From contig NC_090400.1 in assembly GCF_036365525.1 (NCBI RefSeq), positions 30,834,534-30,898,533 of the forward strand: a stretch of 64,000 nt of DNA, in the 5' to 3' direction. Every line of letters begins with the position of its first letter. Position 1 is the first letter of the stretch. Shown piece after piece: positions 48,753 to 62,000 of this stretch. The position numbers and the translations under genes were made by a program. A model generated the notes under the pieces. It was not told the DNA's origin and made no database searches. It saw nothing but the letters and a program-made list of their open reading frames with translations. This DNA comes from Heterodontus francisci (lineage: Eukaryota).

Positions 48753-49550
48753 TGTCATACAGGCCCCCACATGCCAAGAATGAGGCACACATCATTTTGC
48801 CACATGAACATTAAAAACTTAATGTTGTTGGGAAGAAAAGAGGGCCTATCACAAGGAATTTCCAAGTCCCTGACTGGAAAGACATTTGCATACTCGCAGA
48901 CAGTGTTGGAACAAGGGACCCAGTCCTTGCTTCCCCAATACACAGTGGTCAGACCAGTTTAATCACATGACTAACTGACTGTTGGAGTTTTTTGAATTTG
49001 AACTTGCTGAGAGAAAGAAACTCAAAGCTCTTTGCTCCTGGACTGAGAACATCTCTCTCCTGTCTGCTCTCATCTTGCTCTCACCAGCTTCAGAAATCAT
49101 TGACGACATATGAACCCCAAGAGAGAAAAGTCTCCTATAGTGAACAAGGTTTAAGAAGAATACTGGGCCCCAACGAAAAGCAAGATCCACCTACAATCAA
49201 AGACTACAGCGAGTTCAAAGCACAGTAAAAAAAGCCATCTTCAGAGATTGCTTCAAACCTCTCCACTTTATATTTTTCTTCTGCTCTTTTCTGTCCCTAT
49301 TTGCATGTGCGTATCGCGTATGCATGCTAGCGTGGGGTGTGGCTAAGTTTTAATAAAATTTCACTTTTCTTCTTTAATCCTCAGAAAGCCTATTTATGCT
49401 GATTTCTTTGCCTTATAACTGGAAAGTGGTGAACCAGGATTCACCAAGGGGAAGCTCAAAACAGTGTGTTTAAAACATAAACCCTGTTACAATAACACCA
49501 GGTGAAGGCTGAAAGGGACTCCTGGACACCTTTCTCACCTGTTCGTAACA
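48753..49550 (+). mobile_element. Solo LTR related to the Gmr1-like LTR
   Basis: TG...CA ends (TGTCATAC...CGTAACA), flanks ACACAT / GCACAT, AATAAA at ~49352, shared blocks with 15268-16258. Confidence 0.85.
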
Positions 49551-49594
49551 GCACATGCCATTTGGAATCACATCAGTTCACAAAATATTCTAGT

Positions 49595-49760
49595 AAACTC
49601 CAGAGACTTAAGCACAAAACCTAGGTTGACACTTACAGTGCAGTACTGAGAGAGTGCTATCTTTCAGAAAAGATGTTGAACCAAGTGCTCGCCTGCCCTT
49701 GCAGGTAGATGTAAAAGGGCCCGTAGAACTTGTTTGAAGAGCAGGAAAGTTCTGGCCAGA
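49595..49760 (+). mobile_element. Deu-domain SINE fragment
   Basis: CAGTGCAGTACTGAG...TCTTTCAG..AGATGTTGAACC...GCAGGTAGATGTAAAAG...TTTGAAGAGCAGG resembles the Deu-domain of AmnSINE1/SacSINE1-type SINEs (recognised from memory). Confidence 0.6.
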
Positions 49761-50909
49761 AGAACATTCCTGCTAATCAAGTAATTTAGTTTGGTTTTAT
49801 GTTGTTGAGCGATATTCTGAAGCTCATAATCCTTTACTGATTACCTGTTGGTTTTGGTGCTAATTTTGTGCTCTCTATGTACCAGGATACTTTTTAAACT
49901 GGCAGGCTCCCACAGTTGCTCCAAAATTAAATATCCTCCATAATTTTTCCAGAGAGCAAGTAAGCTACCAATGGCCAAAATATATTCCTCAGTCTACCTC
50001 TTAAGAAGATGGTGGCCTAGAAATTCAATGGTGTTACACCTGTTTTCCAGGTGTGAAATGGATGCCCAAGGACCCAATATGATAGGTGTCATGCAAGTGT
50101 TCATTCCGCACAGGAAAAACACCACCTGCCATATTGGATTGGGTTTATCCGTAGGCGTCCAGGGCGTGCCGCAATCATTTAAAAGTATCATTAGCAATTT
50201 TACATATGGGCCTGATGCTTGTTGTCGAACTCCTTTATGAAATTGGGCTGCTCCAATGCTTGACTCATGTGATAAACTTGCTCAGTAACTTGTTTTGCAA
50301 ACAGGCAGCAAGGACTGTTGAGCAGTGCTATTTAAAAGGACTCGTTCACTACATTCAGGTTAGTGGCTGGATTGACCTTATAGGCTGCTGGTGAACCTCT
50401 GGGCATTTTCTTTTAAAAGAATTGCTTGCCATCTAAAGCTGATTTCTCAGTTCTAAGAAGTTTTACAGCTACTAGACTGCTTTTGTTTTATGTTCAGAAC
50501 AGTTTTACTGATGCCAGAGGTAGATCTGCCTTTTGGGCTAGAAGACTAGGGGAAGCAGCCAATAAGACAGGAATAGCTGTGAGGAGAGGGTGGGAGGGGA
50601 GAGCAGGAGGCCTTTCCCAGAACGGGTGTTCAGGAAGCGCCAGTCTCCATTTGCCAAGGGTTAGGATCCGGCACCTTCTGACCCAGGAGGTGGTAATGCG
50701 AAATGTTACTGCTGAATCGAAGGTTTACTCAGGTAAAGGTGAAACTCTATTCTTTTCGAGAAATTAAAGGCTACATCAATTTGTCCCACTTTAATGACTT
50801 ATTGCATCAACTTTGGCAGACCCTGGAGACCAGGTTGCTTGCTCATTTCATCAGTAAGGACATGGAACATTGTAGTGCAGAAGAGGTTGAACAAGGGACC
50901 AACAGCAAC

Positions 50910-51210
50910 TTTCATTCATGTAATGTTTTTTAACCTAGTAAAAACATCCCAAAGGATTTCTCAGGAGCATTGTCAGACAAGAAGCTGACAAGCCATATAA
51001 GGAGATATTAGGACAGGTGTCCAAAGGCTTGCTCAAAGAAGTAGATTTTAAGGAGGGTCGTTGAGGAGGAGAGAGAGATGAAGAGGCATAGGGAGAGAAT
51101 TCCAGAACTAAGGGTCTAGGCAGCTGAAGGCACAGCCACCATTGGTGGGGCAAGGAAAAAAAAAATCAAGGATACACAAGAAGCCAGAATTAGAGGAATG
51201 CAGAATTCTA
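50910..51210 (-). mobile_element. L2 LINE 3' end
   Basis: Minus strand GGTGGCTGTGCCTTCAGCTGCCTAGACCCTTAGTTCTGGAATTCTCTCCC (GGCAFS..WNSLP), followed by CTCCTTAAAATCTACTTCTTTGA and the tail. Confidence 0.8.
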
Positions 51211-52354
51211 ACAAATCAAATAATTTGAGTAGATATGCATCAAATATTTTTTATATATATTTAAACTAATATTTATGAAGATCAATGCTATTCCAAAGAT
51301 GGGGGGTGCAGAAACTTAAGAAAATCAGTATTTGTTTCCAGACTGCTAACTAGAAGAATGAAATATTACAACTCCCAACTGAAGTGATTGATGTGTGGAG
51401 CCTGACATGCTGGTTATTTCATTTCTTTTATAAAAGATTGAATTTCAAATACCTTTTGACATTAGAAAACAACACAGACATGCAAATCTACTATTACAAT
51501 TTCCATGAGAATGACAGAAGTGTGAAGAGACTGATGGGGCCTCCTACAGCTAAATCCTTCATGGATCAGCAAATTCTACTTTAATTGCTCTTGAAACACC
51601 AAATCCCTAGAAGTTGGAGGATATTGAAAGGTTAGGACAAAGAATGTCAAACATAATTTTGTCTTCTCTGCCACTTTCTGACTTGACTTAGACAATGTGT
51701 TATTACAGATATTCAGTGAGCTGGGGTTAATCGCCGTGTCACCCAGTTGCATTTCTGGAACTATTAGTTAACAGAATATAACATTTTACTGGTGTTGGTT
51801 ATTGTTGCTTCAGTTGCAAAAATGGAGTTGCAATTATTTGTTAGATAGTAACATTGTTTCCATTCACTACTAATTTATTTGATCCCCCTTATTCTGTAAT
51901 TAATTTGACTCTCTTACCTGCTTAGTTGTGTAGCATTTCTCAATGAAAGGACAGACAAATGATTTAATCCCACACCTTTTTTTTCAATTATTTTCTCTCA
52001 CTGAACTTAAATGATAGTTTATTCTCACATGAAGTTGATTCATCCAATTTTCTCCCCCTCCGTCCTGGGAAGCATCTATCCTCCACATTGTGGAATGCAC
52101 TATGTCAATCAAGTTAAGGAGCTCAACACGTCATGAAGTGCAAATGTGAACTTGAATTCAATCAACTTCACACTTCCAGCTTTAGACCACTGCAATGTTC
52201 TGATGTGAAGTACCAACATCTGGTTCATGCAGTAGTTCACCTCTGTGTTTGTGCCTCTCTTTTTATTTCCATGACTTCCTGCAAAGTACAAACAAATGCA
52301 TACCTCGACTAAGCCTTCCCATTCACTCCAAATTAATAGAATACCTAATTCAGT

Positions 52355-52575
52355 CATAACATAATAATAGGAACAGGAGTAGGCCATTCAGCTCCTTGAG
52401 CTTGTTCTGTCATTCAATCGTGGCCGATCTGTGTCTTAACTCCATCGCCTGCCTTGCTCCGTAACCTCTTATCGAACAAAAATCTATCAATCTCAGTTTT
52501 GAAACTTGCAATTGATCTTGTCTCAGATTTTTGGGGGAAAGAGTGTTCCAGATTTCCACTGCCCTTTGTGTGAAG
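52355..52575 (-). mobile_element. CR1 3' fragment
   Basis: Tail ATAGGAACAGGAGTAGGCCATTCAGC on +, and SIASFKTEIDRFL. Confidence 0.85.
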
Positions 52576-52785
52576 TGATAATGGGTAGCATAGTACTAAT
52601 AGCGGATGAGTCGCTATCTGATGACTAAGCTGGTTTCTGTCCGGGATGTTCACGTAGTGAACAATTTGTAAAACTAATTCGATATGCCGAGGATTGTTTA
52701 GAAAGCTGCAAAATTAGAGGAGCTGTATTTGATGATCTGTTGGCTTCTCACAACACTGAACCACCTACTGAAACTGCCAAAAGAA

Positions 52786-52880
52786 ATTCTGATGAAAGGT
52801 CATCGACTTGAAATGTTATTTTTTTTTCTCCACAGATGCTTCCTGACCTGCTGAGTACTTCTTGTATTTTCTATTTTTTT
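52786..52880 (+). mobile_element. Penelope-type terminal repeat with minimal hammerhead-like motif
   Basis: CTGATGA-A-AGGTC-ATC-GACTT-GAAATGTT (52789-52817), then CCACAGATGCTTCCTGACCTGCTGAG. Confidence 0.7.
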
Positions 52881-52929
52881 TTAAAGAAATATCAAGGTAA
52901 GCTTTTCCTCGATCCAGAATCGTAATTTC

Positions 52930-53980
52930 TTTGTTGAAATGCATGGCCAGATAAGGCAATGGTGAACTCAATGGAACAGATTACCGCAAAGCTCAGTGCC
53001 ATTATCCCTGCTGTTTAATGTCCCCATAAATGACCAGAATACCCTGATGGGGAATATTCAACTATGTAGATGTTCACTGTGCTGCCACCCAATTGGAAAG
53101 TTTTGATGACATTCAGCACATTCTAACTGACTCCATGAATATATTCTCCAAAATACAATTGTAGCTAATCTTGGAATTCCAACCCTCGCAAGACACAAGT
53201 GTGCTCCTTCCGCCTGAAATACCATCAGGCCAAGCAAAAATTCCAGATAATATTGTATAGTACAGTCTTCAAGCACAATGAATATCTGTACCTTGAGGTC
53301 AAAATAGACCCATCTCTGGCATCCAAAGGGCACATTGAGCAATTGAGTAAGGAAATGAACTGCAGGAACTGTGTAGTGAAACTAACCAACAAATAAAATG
53401 GGGAGCTAACCCCAAAACACTCCATGCAACTTGTCCTGCATCATGTTCCTCAATTGCAGAGTACTATGCCCTCAAACCATGCACACAAAATTGATACTGA
53501 ACTCAAATCAATCCTACAGGATCATCACAAGGACTTTGAAGCTGACAACCACACCATTGTTATCCTATCTCACAGGGATTGCACCACTAATCCATGAGGC
53601 AGGACGCCTTTTAAACACGCACTGTGTGGATACATTGCACCACTCAAAACGTTGAAGCTCAGGAGGAGCTCTGCCTCTAAAAATTTGGTATGGTACAATA
53701 CCACCATGGAGGAACTTGGAGTACCTGGTTCCTTCAGACCAACCTCTTCCAGCACAGGCCTTTAATGGAAACATTGGTGCATTCTAAATTGAGTAAGAGT
53801 TGAGGTGCCAAAGAATGATGACAATATGACCAAGTGAAAGCTGAGCAATGGCCCCAGATGTGAAAGTCGAGAACCTAGGCAAACAGTTAATCACTGCCTG
53901 ATGCAGTGTCCCTGTCAACATACTGTACTCCCGAGGAACTATGCAAGATAAAGGGCAAAGCTCGATTCTGCTTGTGGTGT
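52930..53980 (+). mobile_element. Decayed Vingi/Ingi-like LINE, ORF C-terminal region
   Basis: CSFRLKYHQAKQK...YLEVKIDPSL...WGANPKTL, HTKLI...SYRIITRTLKLTTTPLLSYLTGIAP and a terminal PRCE...QTVNHCLMQCP zinc finger resemble Ingi/Vingi post-RT motifs. Confidence 0.6.
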
Positions 53981-55227
53981 TGGCGCAAAAAGCTATGATG
54001 GTGATGGAAACATTTAAATTCATGATCCTTCTCAAATCATTAAATATTTCTCAAAAATGCACATTTACATTGCACAGTACACTGAATATGGTCAGTCCCA
54101 GCAAATCTGTCATCCTTTATAAACCAATAAGCTCTTGTAAAATCATATTTTGTACAATATTTCAATTTAGAGCAAACACAGCATGAGTGATTAAATGGAC
54201 GAAGTTGTAGGTTTTACAAACTGTTCTTTTAAAAACAGCATGAACAGTGTATAGAAATTCTGATCCAAGCATAACATTTCTCAACTATATCCGAATAAAT
54301 ATTTTCCCTAATAATTCAAAATATTTCAGGAAAAAACTCTGATATTCCAGCCTGTAACTTTGGCTTGTAACACTGTTTACATTTAAATGTACTCCAAAAT
54401 CCTGTCTGGAAAAAGTAGCAATAAATATTATGACTGGATGACAGATCTGATCTAACTGTGACTACATATCTCGTCAACAACCCAGGTTCTGACAATTCTT
54501 CTTTCATTACAAGATGGGAGGAAATCATATTCTTCTCAAAAATGAATGAATTGTTAAGGAAATGGTAGGAAAGTGTCCCTTTCAAACATGCTATTTGTGT
54601 GAATGCAATTTAAATCGCTGAAAATGTCACAGTGAATCACAATACACCTGCAATAACAATACTTTAACAATTCTCAAGCAGCTAATGAGCCACTTAACTA
54701 ACACAAATGTCAAAAAGTTTATTAATCCAGTTATGAAGTTTTGAAGAAAAGTCTAAGTGCTGACAGAGAAAAATTGATTTAACAACAAGGCTCTTCAGAT
54801 GGTGCAGGATATATGGATAGAGATGTGCGAACACATTCTTGGTAGGCAACAGGCCTCAAGTTACAAAGAAGATTTGAAGTACAGTAATATGTAATTTGTC
54901 AACTGTTATGCTGTGCCCATAACTTGAAGGAGAAAGGTTGACAACTCAAGATGGTAGTTGTTAAAATGTATGGGGAAAAAGAATGAATAACAGAGCAATA
55001 TGAACAAGGATTTACTAGGTAAGAAGTGAAATGAACAGGGTTATACAATTTCCTTTATCCAAGAAAAAATAACTGCAGGGAAAAAATTCAGGGCAAAAAT
55101 GGTTGCATCTCAATTTTCCACTGGTCTTGTATTTAAAGATAAAACTGGCACATGGCTCAGCTGAAATAGGGGCTGGTTCTATTGCAGTCCTCCTATGCCC
55201 GTTGTGCTCTCGGACCCTCTTTACTTT

Positions 55228-55830
55228 CTCATAGAATATGACACTTGGGCCACCAAGTCTGCGCCAGCATTATTTGTTGCACTTTTAACTGAGTATACTC
55301 TAAGCTTCCCAATCGCTCCCTATTCCTTTAACATTCCCCTTTTTTAAATAACGAATTAATTATCTTGTGGAAACATTTTCCACAATACGTTTCCTACATT
55401 ACAATGGTGACTACACTTCAAAAGTACTTTATTGGCTTTAAAGAATGTTGAGTCATCCCGTGGTCGGGCAAAGTGCTACATAAATGCAAGTCTTTCTTTT
55501 TCCTTTTTCTAATGGTTTGTGGCAGAGAATTCCAAATGCTATCCATCCCATGTATAAAATCTTTTTTAAAAAAAAACTTTACCTTTGTTTTTTGATTATA
55601 TTACATCTGTGCCCTTTTGTCATCATCTTGTTGACCACTGGAAACAATCTGTCACAATTGGCCTTTATCACAGCCCATCATAATCTTGAAGCTCTCAATC
55701 CGGTCACCCTGTAAACTTCCCAGCGCTAGTGAAAAAAAGCCTTAACAGCTGAAGTGTCTCTTCACAGCTGCAACCACTCAGCTGTAGTAATATCTTTGTG
55801 AAATTATGTTTCTTTTCTTTATATCCTTCT
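55228..55830 (-). mobile_element. Degenerate CR1 3' fragment interrupted by a SINE tail (55388-55505, +)
   Basis: TGGCAGAGAATTCCAAAT...CATCTGTGCCCTTTTGT...ACTGGAAACAAT are antisense CR1 motifs. The insert matches 8019-8125. Confidence 0.6.
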
Positions 55831-57655
55831 TGGAATCAATCTTCGTAACAGTGTACAAAATAGTAATTTCATTGGAACAAATCCAGTGGACTGTGGGTAC
55901 CAGTTGGGCACAACGGTGCATCTCGCTGGTCTGTGCCCTTCAAGTTTCAGTTGGATTCGATGCGCAGTTAAGTTTGGGGGTGGGTGGAAGAGTCAAATAT
56001 CATGGAGGCAGAAGGAGTACTATTGTGTGTTAGCAATGAGCCAAGGCTGACATTAGGTCAGTCCAATGCTGTGAAAAGTTAACTCCCCCACTTCATATAA
56101 TAGAAGATTATGTGGACTTGATTCTAATCAAAAACAGTCAATTATCACCCTTAGTAAAAAGGGCTGAAAATCCGATTAAGTAGTTTCATGAGATTGAATT
56201 TTATCCAGCTAGATTAAGGCCACAGATGATCTGATGTGGTAATTCAGCTCTATTGGGAGATCAAAAAAGAGAAAGAAACAGACACTTGGGAATATTCCCC
56301 AAGTTATTTAAAACTGAGAAATCTAGGTGTAGGCAGCATCAAGACTGAACACAGTTTGGGGGGGGGGGGGGGGTGGTGGGATTGGGCGGCATCAAACTTG
56401 GGTCACAAAAGCCTACAGATTGGGAAAAAACTCTAATTTAAAATAAGAAACGTTAATTTAAACACGACATTTCATTTGCAAGGAAAATCCACCTTTGTGG
56501 GCCTCTATTAGAGTACTGTGGTTTACAGAGATGACCTACATGTTTCAGCAGTTAGTCGTACAGCAATTAGTGATTCACTTTTACCAATTGACCTTCAGTA
56601 TCTAAGGCAGGAAATTTTACAACCATCTGGGGATGGCTGTAGTATGTATTAACAAGAAGGGAGGCAGGTACTTCTGCACAGCTGATTGATCTTGCTGTTT
56701 TATTCTCTTTATCTTCACCTATCCTTGAAATTTACGACTGTAAAACACACTGACCAGTTATCCAGAGAAGAACTGCCAAAATGTGACCACTGAGGTTATT
56801 GGGAACTCTGTGAATTTGGGCTGTTGTACAAGCATTGGAATCTTCGATTGAGAGTCCAACACAACTGCTGGAGACATGGCTTGTAGGTTCAGTTGACAGG
56901 CATAGGCGATGGGGTGGTCCTGGATCATGGCTACTGGGTCATAAAATAACTGCCCGAACTGTCATAGAGTATTTATTTTTGCAAATATTCACAAGGAAAC
57001 TCAAGCTCAAGTTAATTTTTATTTCATGTAAAACACACTCCTATATTCAATTTATTTTATTTGTATGTTCCTTTTCATATTAAAAGTTTAGGCTATGTAC
57101 ACCATGATGACTACTGCTATGTCCTTCATATAGGTTTGCATTGCAATGTTGTTCTTAACGAAAACATTGATTGCACCATACACACATAGAATTGTGAAGA
57201 TATAATGGGGTACAAATTCACTCCCACACAAAAAGATGCACACACAGAACAATTCCTGCATCTCAATGGTTTTGCCCAAGGTGCACCCAATATTGGGCTT
57301 TGTGCCTCATTATCAAACTGGCAAGATGCAAATACATAATGGTCATCTTCCGGCAGTTCGCCAAAGAAGCGAACTTGAAGATTGGGCAGCTACGGCTGGC
57401 CCTCAGATTAGTTCTAAAAAGGAACTGGGAAAGATAGGGGCACCAGGAATGAGCAAGGTGGCAGGGACTGGGGGAGCATGGAGATAACGACCAGGGAAGA
57501 TCACAGTCACTATTAGGGCAGGGGAGCAGTGTCCACAGACCACAGTTTTAACATTGGGTCAGAAGGAGCACACCTGCTCCTCTTGGCTCTACATTGAAAT
57601 AAGCATTTAACAAACTTGACTTTTTGGTGGCAGCCAGAGATCCCTTTAAGGACCA

Positions 57656-57890
57656 AAATAAAAGCAAAATACTGCGGATGCTGGAAATCTGAAATAAAAA
57701 CAAGAAATGCTGGAACCACTCAGCAGGTCTGACAGCATCTGTGGAAAGAGAAGCAGAGTTAACGTTTCGGGTCAGTGACCCTTCTTCGAACCTGTTCCGA
57801 AGAAGGGTCACTGACCCGAAACGTTAACTCTACGTCTCTTTCCACAGATGCTGCCAGACCTGCTGAGTGGTTCCAGCATTTCTTGTTTTT
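57656..57890. mobile_element. Palindromic Penelope-type insertion (two inverted terminal repeats) with 16-bp TSD
   Basis: TSD ATCCCTTTAAGGACCA at 57640-57655 and 57891-57906. Arms 57694-57788 and 57798-57892 are near-perfect reverse complements, each with a hammerhead-like core. Confidence 0.88.
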
Positions 57891-58072
57891 ATCCCTTTAA
57901 GGACCACCTGTTAGGCCACATTTAGACCTGGTGTCAGTGCTGGCTCATTCAGGGAAAACCAATATTGCAGAGGGGATCTCAAACAGGTGTTAGGTCCCTT
58001 ATTTACACATACAAAGGCCTGTTTCAGATGAGCATCCTGGATCCCCTTTTGTTGGCCTAAACCATACATTGG

Positions 58073-58318
58073 TGTTCTGTAATTGGCTTTAAGAGTGATG
58101 TCTCTTTAAGATCTGAGTATGCTAATGAGCTAAGTACCAGGATGTAGTCAGGGGACTACAAGCCAGAGTCACTCTGCAACTGTAACACCTAAAGGAAGGT
58201 TCTGTAAATAGTTTGCTCTGCACTGTATATACTAGTTTAGCTGTTAATAAACCTGTTTGAAATCTTCAACAAACTGGACTCCACGCATCCCATTTATGTT
58301 GCATAAGAAATCATCACA
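58073..58318 (+). repeat. 5' LTR
   Basis: TGTTCTGT...TCATCACA with AATAAA at 58246; aligns with 63613-63853. Confidence 0.93.
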
Positions 58319-58332
58319 TGGTGGCAGCTGTG
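58319..58332 (+). promoter_or_regulatory. Primer-binding site, probably tRNA-Leu
   Basis: TGGTGGCAGCTGTG directly after the LTR, one mismatch from the complement of a tRNA-Leu 3' end (...CACCGCTGCCACCA). Confidence 0.75.
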
Positions 58333-59002
58333 ATGAAAAGACAAAGTCTAAGTTGAAGACCACAGGTAAAGAAACTGTGAAAACAACCCTTCCTTCAGCC
58401 ACTGGAGAGAAAATTCAGAAAAAGTGCGGGCCCAAACAGTGGAAAGAAGAAAGGACTTACCTCCAGCTGTGGAAGATAGCGCTCAGAACAACAAGCTGCA
58501 AGTAAACTCCTGCGATTGGGTGCGTCATTGTGCCCACGGTCGAGGAATCCACGTTTAAAAGAACAAGCTGTGAAGTGCTTAAAAGATTGACTTTTTCTAA
58601 AGACTCCGTGGGGAAAAAAAAGGGGAAAATCCAATTCCCCTCCCGGACTGATCGGGTCGGCGCCATTACAGGAGGTGTCTGATAACAGAAAGCGTGGGAA
58701 ATCTCCGAACACAACAGAGCTTCCATTCATGCAGCCAAAGTTTAAAAAATCATTAAACCACTCAAGCATGAAGAACATAAACAAACTAGTAAAAAAAAAC
58801 ACAATTCAACTGCCTTTTGAACAGCTGTGAAACAGACAAGCTTAAGTCCTGCAAGAACGTTTTCTATGTTTATCTATCAAAAACCTGTTACTCTCCATCC
58901 AAACAGCTAATGCAAATCACAGGAATTTCTTAAAGGAGAAACAGCACAGAGTGAATAGAACAAAGTTAAATAAAGACCAGACAGCAAAAGAACAGCAGAA
59001 AA

Positions 59003-62000
59003 ATGGATACCAAATTTTCCAGTTTGAACTGTAACGCCATTGATATCCTATCCGAATTCAAACTTTTTAAACAAAGAATGCAGTTATGCTTCACAGACCA
59101 AGTGATTGTAGAACTAAAGAAGCAGGCTGTAAAAATACTAATAGCAGTTGGAAATGAGGGGTTACTTAGAATCAAAACTTCTGGCTTAGCTGATGAGGAC
59201 CAGACAGATCTCGCAAAGATATGGAAAGTGCTACAAGATTAGCTCCAATTAAGAGTGAATTTAAAAATTCACTGCCTGGAATTTATGTCCTATAGGCAAC
59301 AGCCATAAGAATCAATAGATCAGTTCGTCAGTACAGTAAATGCTGTAGTAAGGCAATGAATGTGATTTTTCAGACACTGAACTGTCAGAGCGGCGAATGG
59401 AGCTAGTGATTAACTCAACACCCATTGAAGCATTTCAGAAAGACCTCTTGGGGCAAAAGAAAGGTCACAGCATTGATGCATTGCTAGAAAATGGTAGAAA
59501 ATATGAAGCCATTGTAGCTGGACAACAGCACCTGCAAGCACCAAGTGCAGCCAACAGTATTGGCATGATAACCAGCTCAAAAAGAGTAAGCAAGCAGTGT
59601 GGTAAGTGTGGTTGGTCCCACTCACTGCGAAGATGTCTTGCATTTCAAGACCTGTGCAAGGCATGCGGTGCAAAACAACACTGGACCTGCCTATGCAAGA
59701 AATCTGGCTCCAAGGATGCAGCCAGAAGTCACAGTAGCACACAAGCAAACAGAAAACAGGTACAGCAACAGGGCAACAGCAGCAAAGAAAGCACCAGAGA
59801 TCTTCGTAAACGCAAGCCAATACACGAAGTCCACAATGAAACAGACCTGAGACAAGACTCAGAAGAGTGATTCTCAGGCAGAAGACAAGCAGGCATTTCA
59901 CATTGTGAACCTAACACGTTGTGTTGAAGTCAAACAACTGGAAGCTTTTGCTACCATTAACATCATGTGCCCAAAGAAACGTGGCAAACACACACTCAGG
60001 GTTAAGATTTGACACTGGAGCTAGTGCAAATATCCTACCAGTGCAAATCCTGAAGGATATGTATTGGAGTAACTGGAAATCAAAATTATACAACTGGCAA
60101 ATGCAAAGTTATTTGCATACAATGGGTCACCCATCCCTTGCAGTGGCAGACTAACAATACAATGCAGCTATGGCAAATTGGCTTGGAAACCACAAATATT
60201 TCACCTGGTGTACAAGAGCGGATCAGCAGTGGCAGGATTACCAAGGTGTAAGGACTTCGACATCGTGACTATCCATGAGGTCACCAAGGTACCCATCACA
60301 GAAGAAGAAACCAAGAGTACCCACATTGAGTCAGTCTGGGACCTACAACAAATGTACTCGGGCAGGTTCGACGCCATAGGAGATTTCAAAGGCGATGCTG
60401 TATTGCACCTCAGGGAGGATGCAATTCCGTCAATTGACCCTCCCAGAAAGTGCCGCATGCACGTGCAAGAAAATCTTACGTGTATGTTGAATGACATGAA
60501 ACGCAATGGCATTATCCGTTGTGTGCATCATCACACAGACTGGTGCAGCTCAATTACGTGTGTACTGAAGAAGGATGGAGCAATCAGGGTATGTCTAGAT
60601 CCGAGGCATCTAAACTTCTCCCTAAAGAGATGCCACTACAAGATTCCGACATTAGAGAAATTGAATCCCAAGTTCACAGGAGACAAATTCTTCTCCAAGT
60701 TGGATGCTAAACATGGATATTGGTCCATACACCTAGTCATAGAGAGATACAGGCCCTTGAGCCCTCCAAGTCTATGTCGACCAACAACCACCCATTTATA
60801 CTAATCCTACATTAATCCAATATTCCCTACCACATCCCCACCATTCTCCTACCATCACTAGGAGCAATTTACAATGGCCAATTTACCTATTAACCTGCAA
60901 GTCTTTGGCTGTGGGAGGAAACCGGAGCACCCAGTGGAAACCCACACAGTCACAGGGAGAACTTGCAAACTCCGCACAGGCAGTACCCAGAACTGAACCT
61001 GGGTCGCTGGAGCTGTGAGGCTGCGGTGCTAACCACTGTGCCACTCCATTAAATTCCACCTTCTGCTGTGGTGGGATTCAAACCCATGTCCCCAGATCAA
61101 TAGCCTGGGTCTCTGGGTTACTAGTCCAGTGATAATACCACTATGCCACTGCCTGCACCTAGCTAAGGAATCTCAAGAAGTCACCGCCTTCAGGACACCA
61201 GTTAGAGGATACTGCTTCCAGAGACTACCCTTCGGCTTATCTGTCAGTCAAGATCTGTTTCAGCAACATATGGATAGAATTTTAGAAAACGTGCCTTGAT
61301 GTATATCCATTGCCAATGATATTGTGGTAAATGGGCAAAACCAAAGAACAGCATGATCGAAATCTCCATTCACTGATGGCAGTAGCTCATCATGAAGGGC
61401 CCATTATTGACAGCAAGAAGTGCCAGGTGAATGCAAGTCAGATCAATTTCTTTGGCTTCATCTATTCGGGTTGCAGAATCCATCTTGACCCAGGCATAGT
61501 TGAAGATGTAAGGCATACGCCTACCCCACAAGACAAGGAAGACCTCCAATAATGTCTTGGATTTTTCGACTTCTTGGCAACAAATTCCAAATTTTTCTGA
61601 CAAAGCATCATCACTGAGAAAGCTCTTAAAGACGTATCATTTGTATGGCAGGAGAACCATCAACATATGTTTGAGTCTCTCAAACAAGCATTGTCAGCAG
61701 AAACCTGTACCCTGCAGTACAATGATCCATGGAAGAAGACAATCCTGGAAGTCGCACCTCACAGAAACTGCAGGATGGCAAACCAATTGCATTCGGGTCC
61801 AAATGCTTATCCTCAGCACAATCCAATTGCTCAAACGTAGAGCATGAAACACTTGCTCTGGTGTTGGGATCACAAGGTTCCACACCTACCTATTCGGTAA
61901 GCAGTTCACTGTGGAAACCGACCACAAACCACTGGAGATGATCTGACGCAAACCATTGACAAGCACACCATGTCAACTGCAGTGACTCTCAGTGAAGGTA

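Noticed and set aside
52585-52710. Hairpin ATAGCG/CGCTAT followed by CTGATGA as a possible full hammerhead or C/D snoRNA
   Set aside because: No properly placed stem II-GAAA-stem III could be paired, and no terminal stem with correct C/D spacing was found.
56358-56390. G16 run with adjacent GGG tracts (G-quadruplex potential)
   Set aside because: A simple homopolymer with no supporting context; its length may also be a sequencing artefact.
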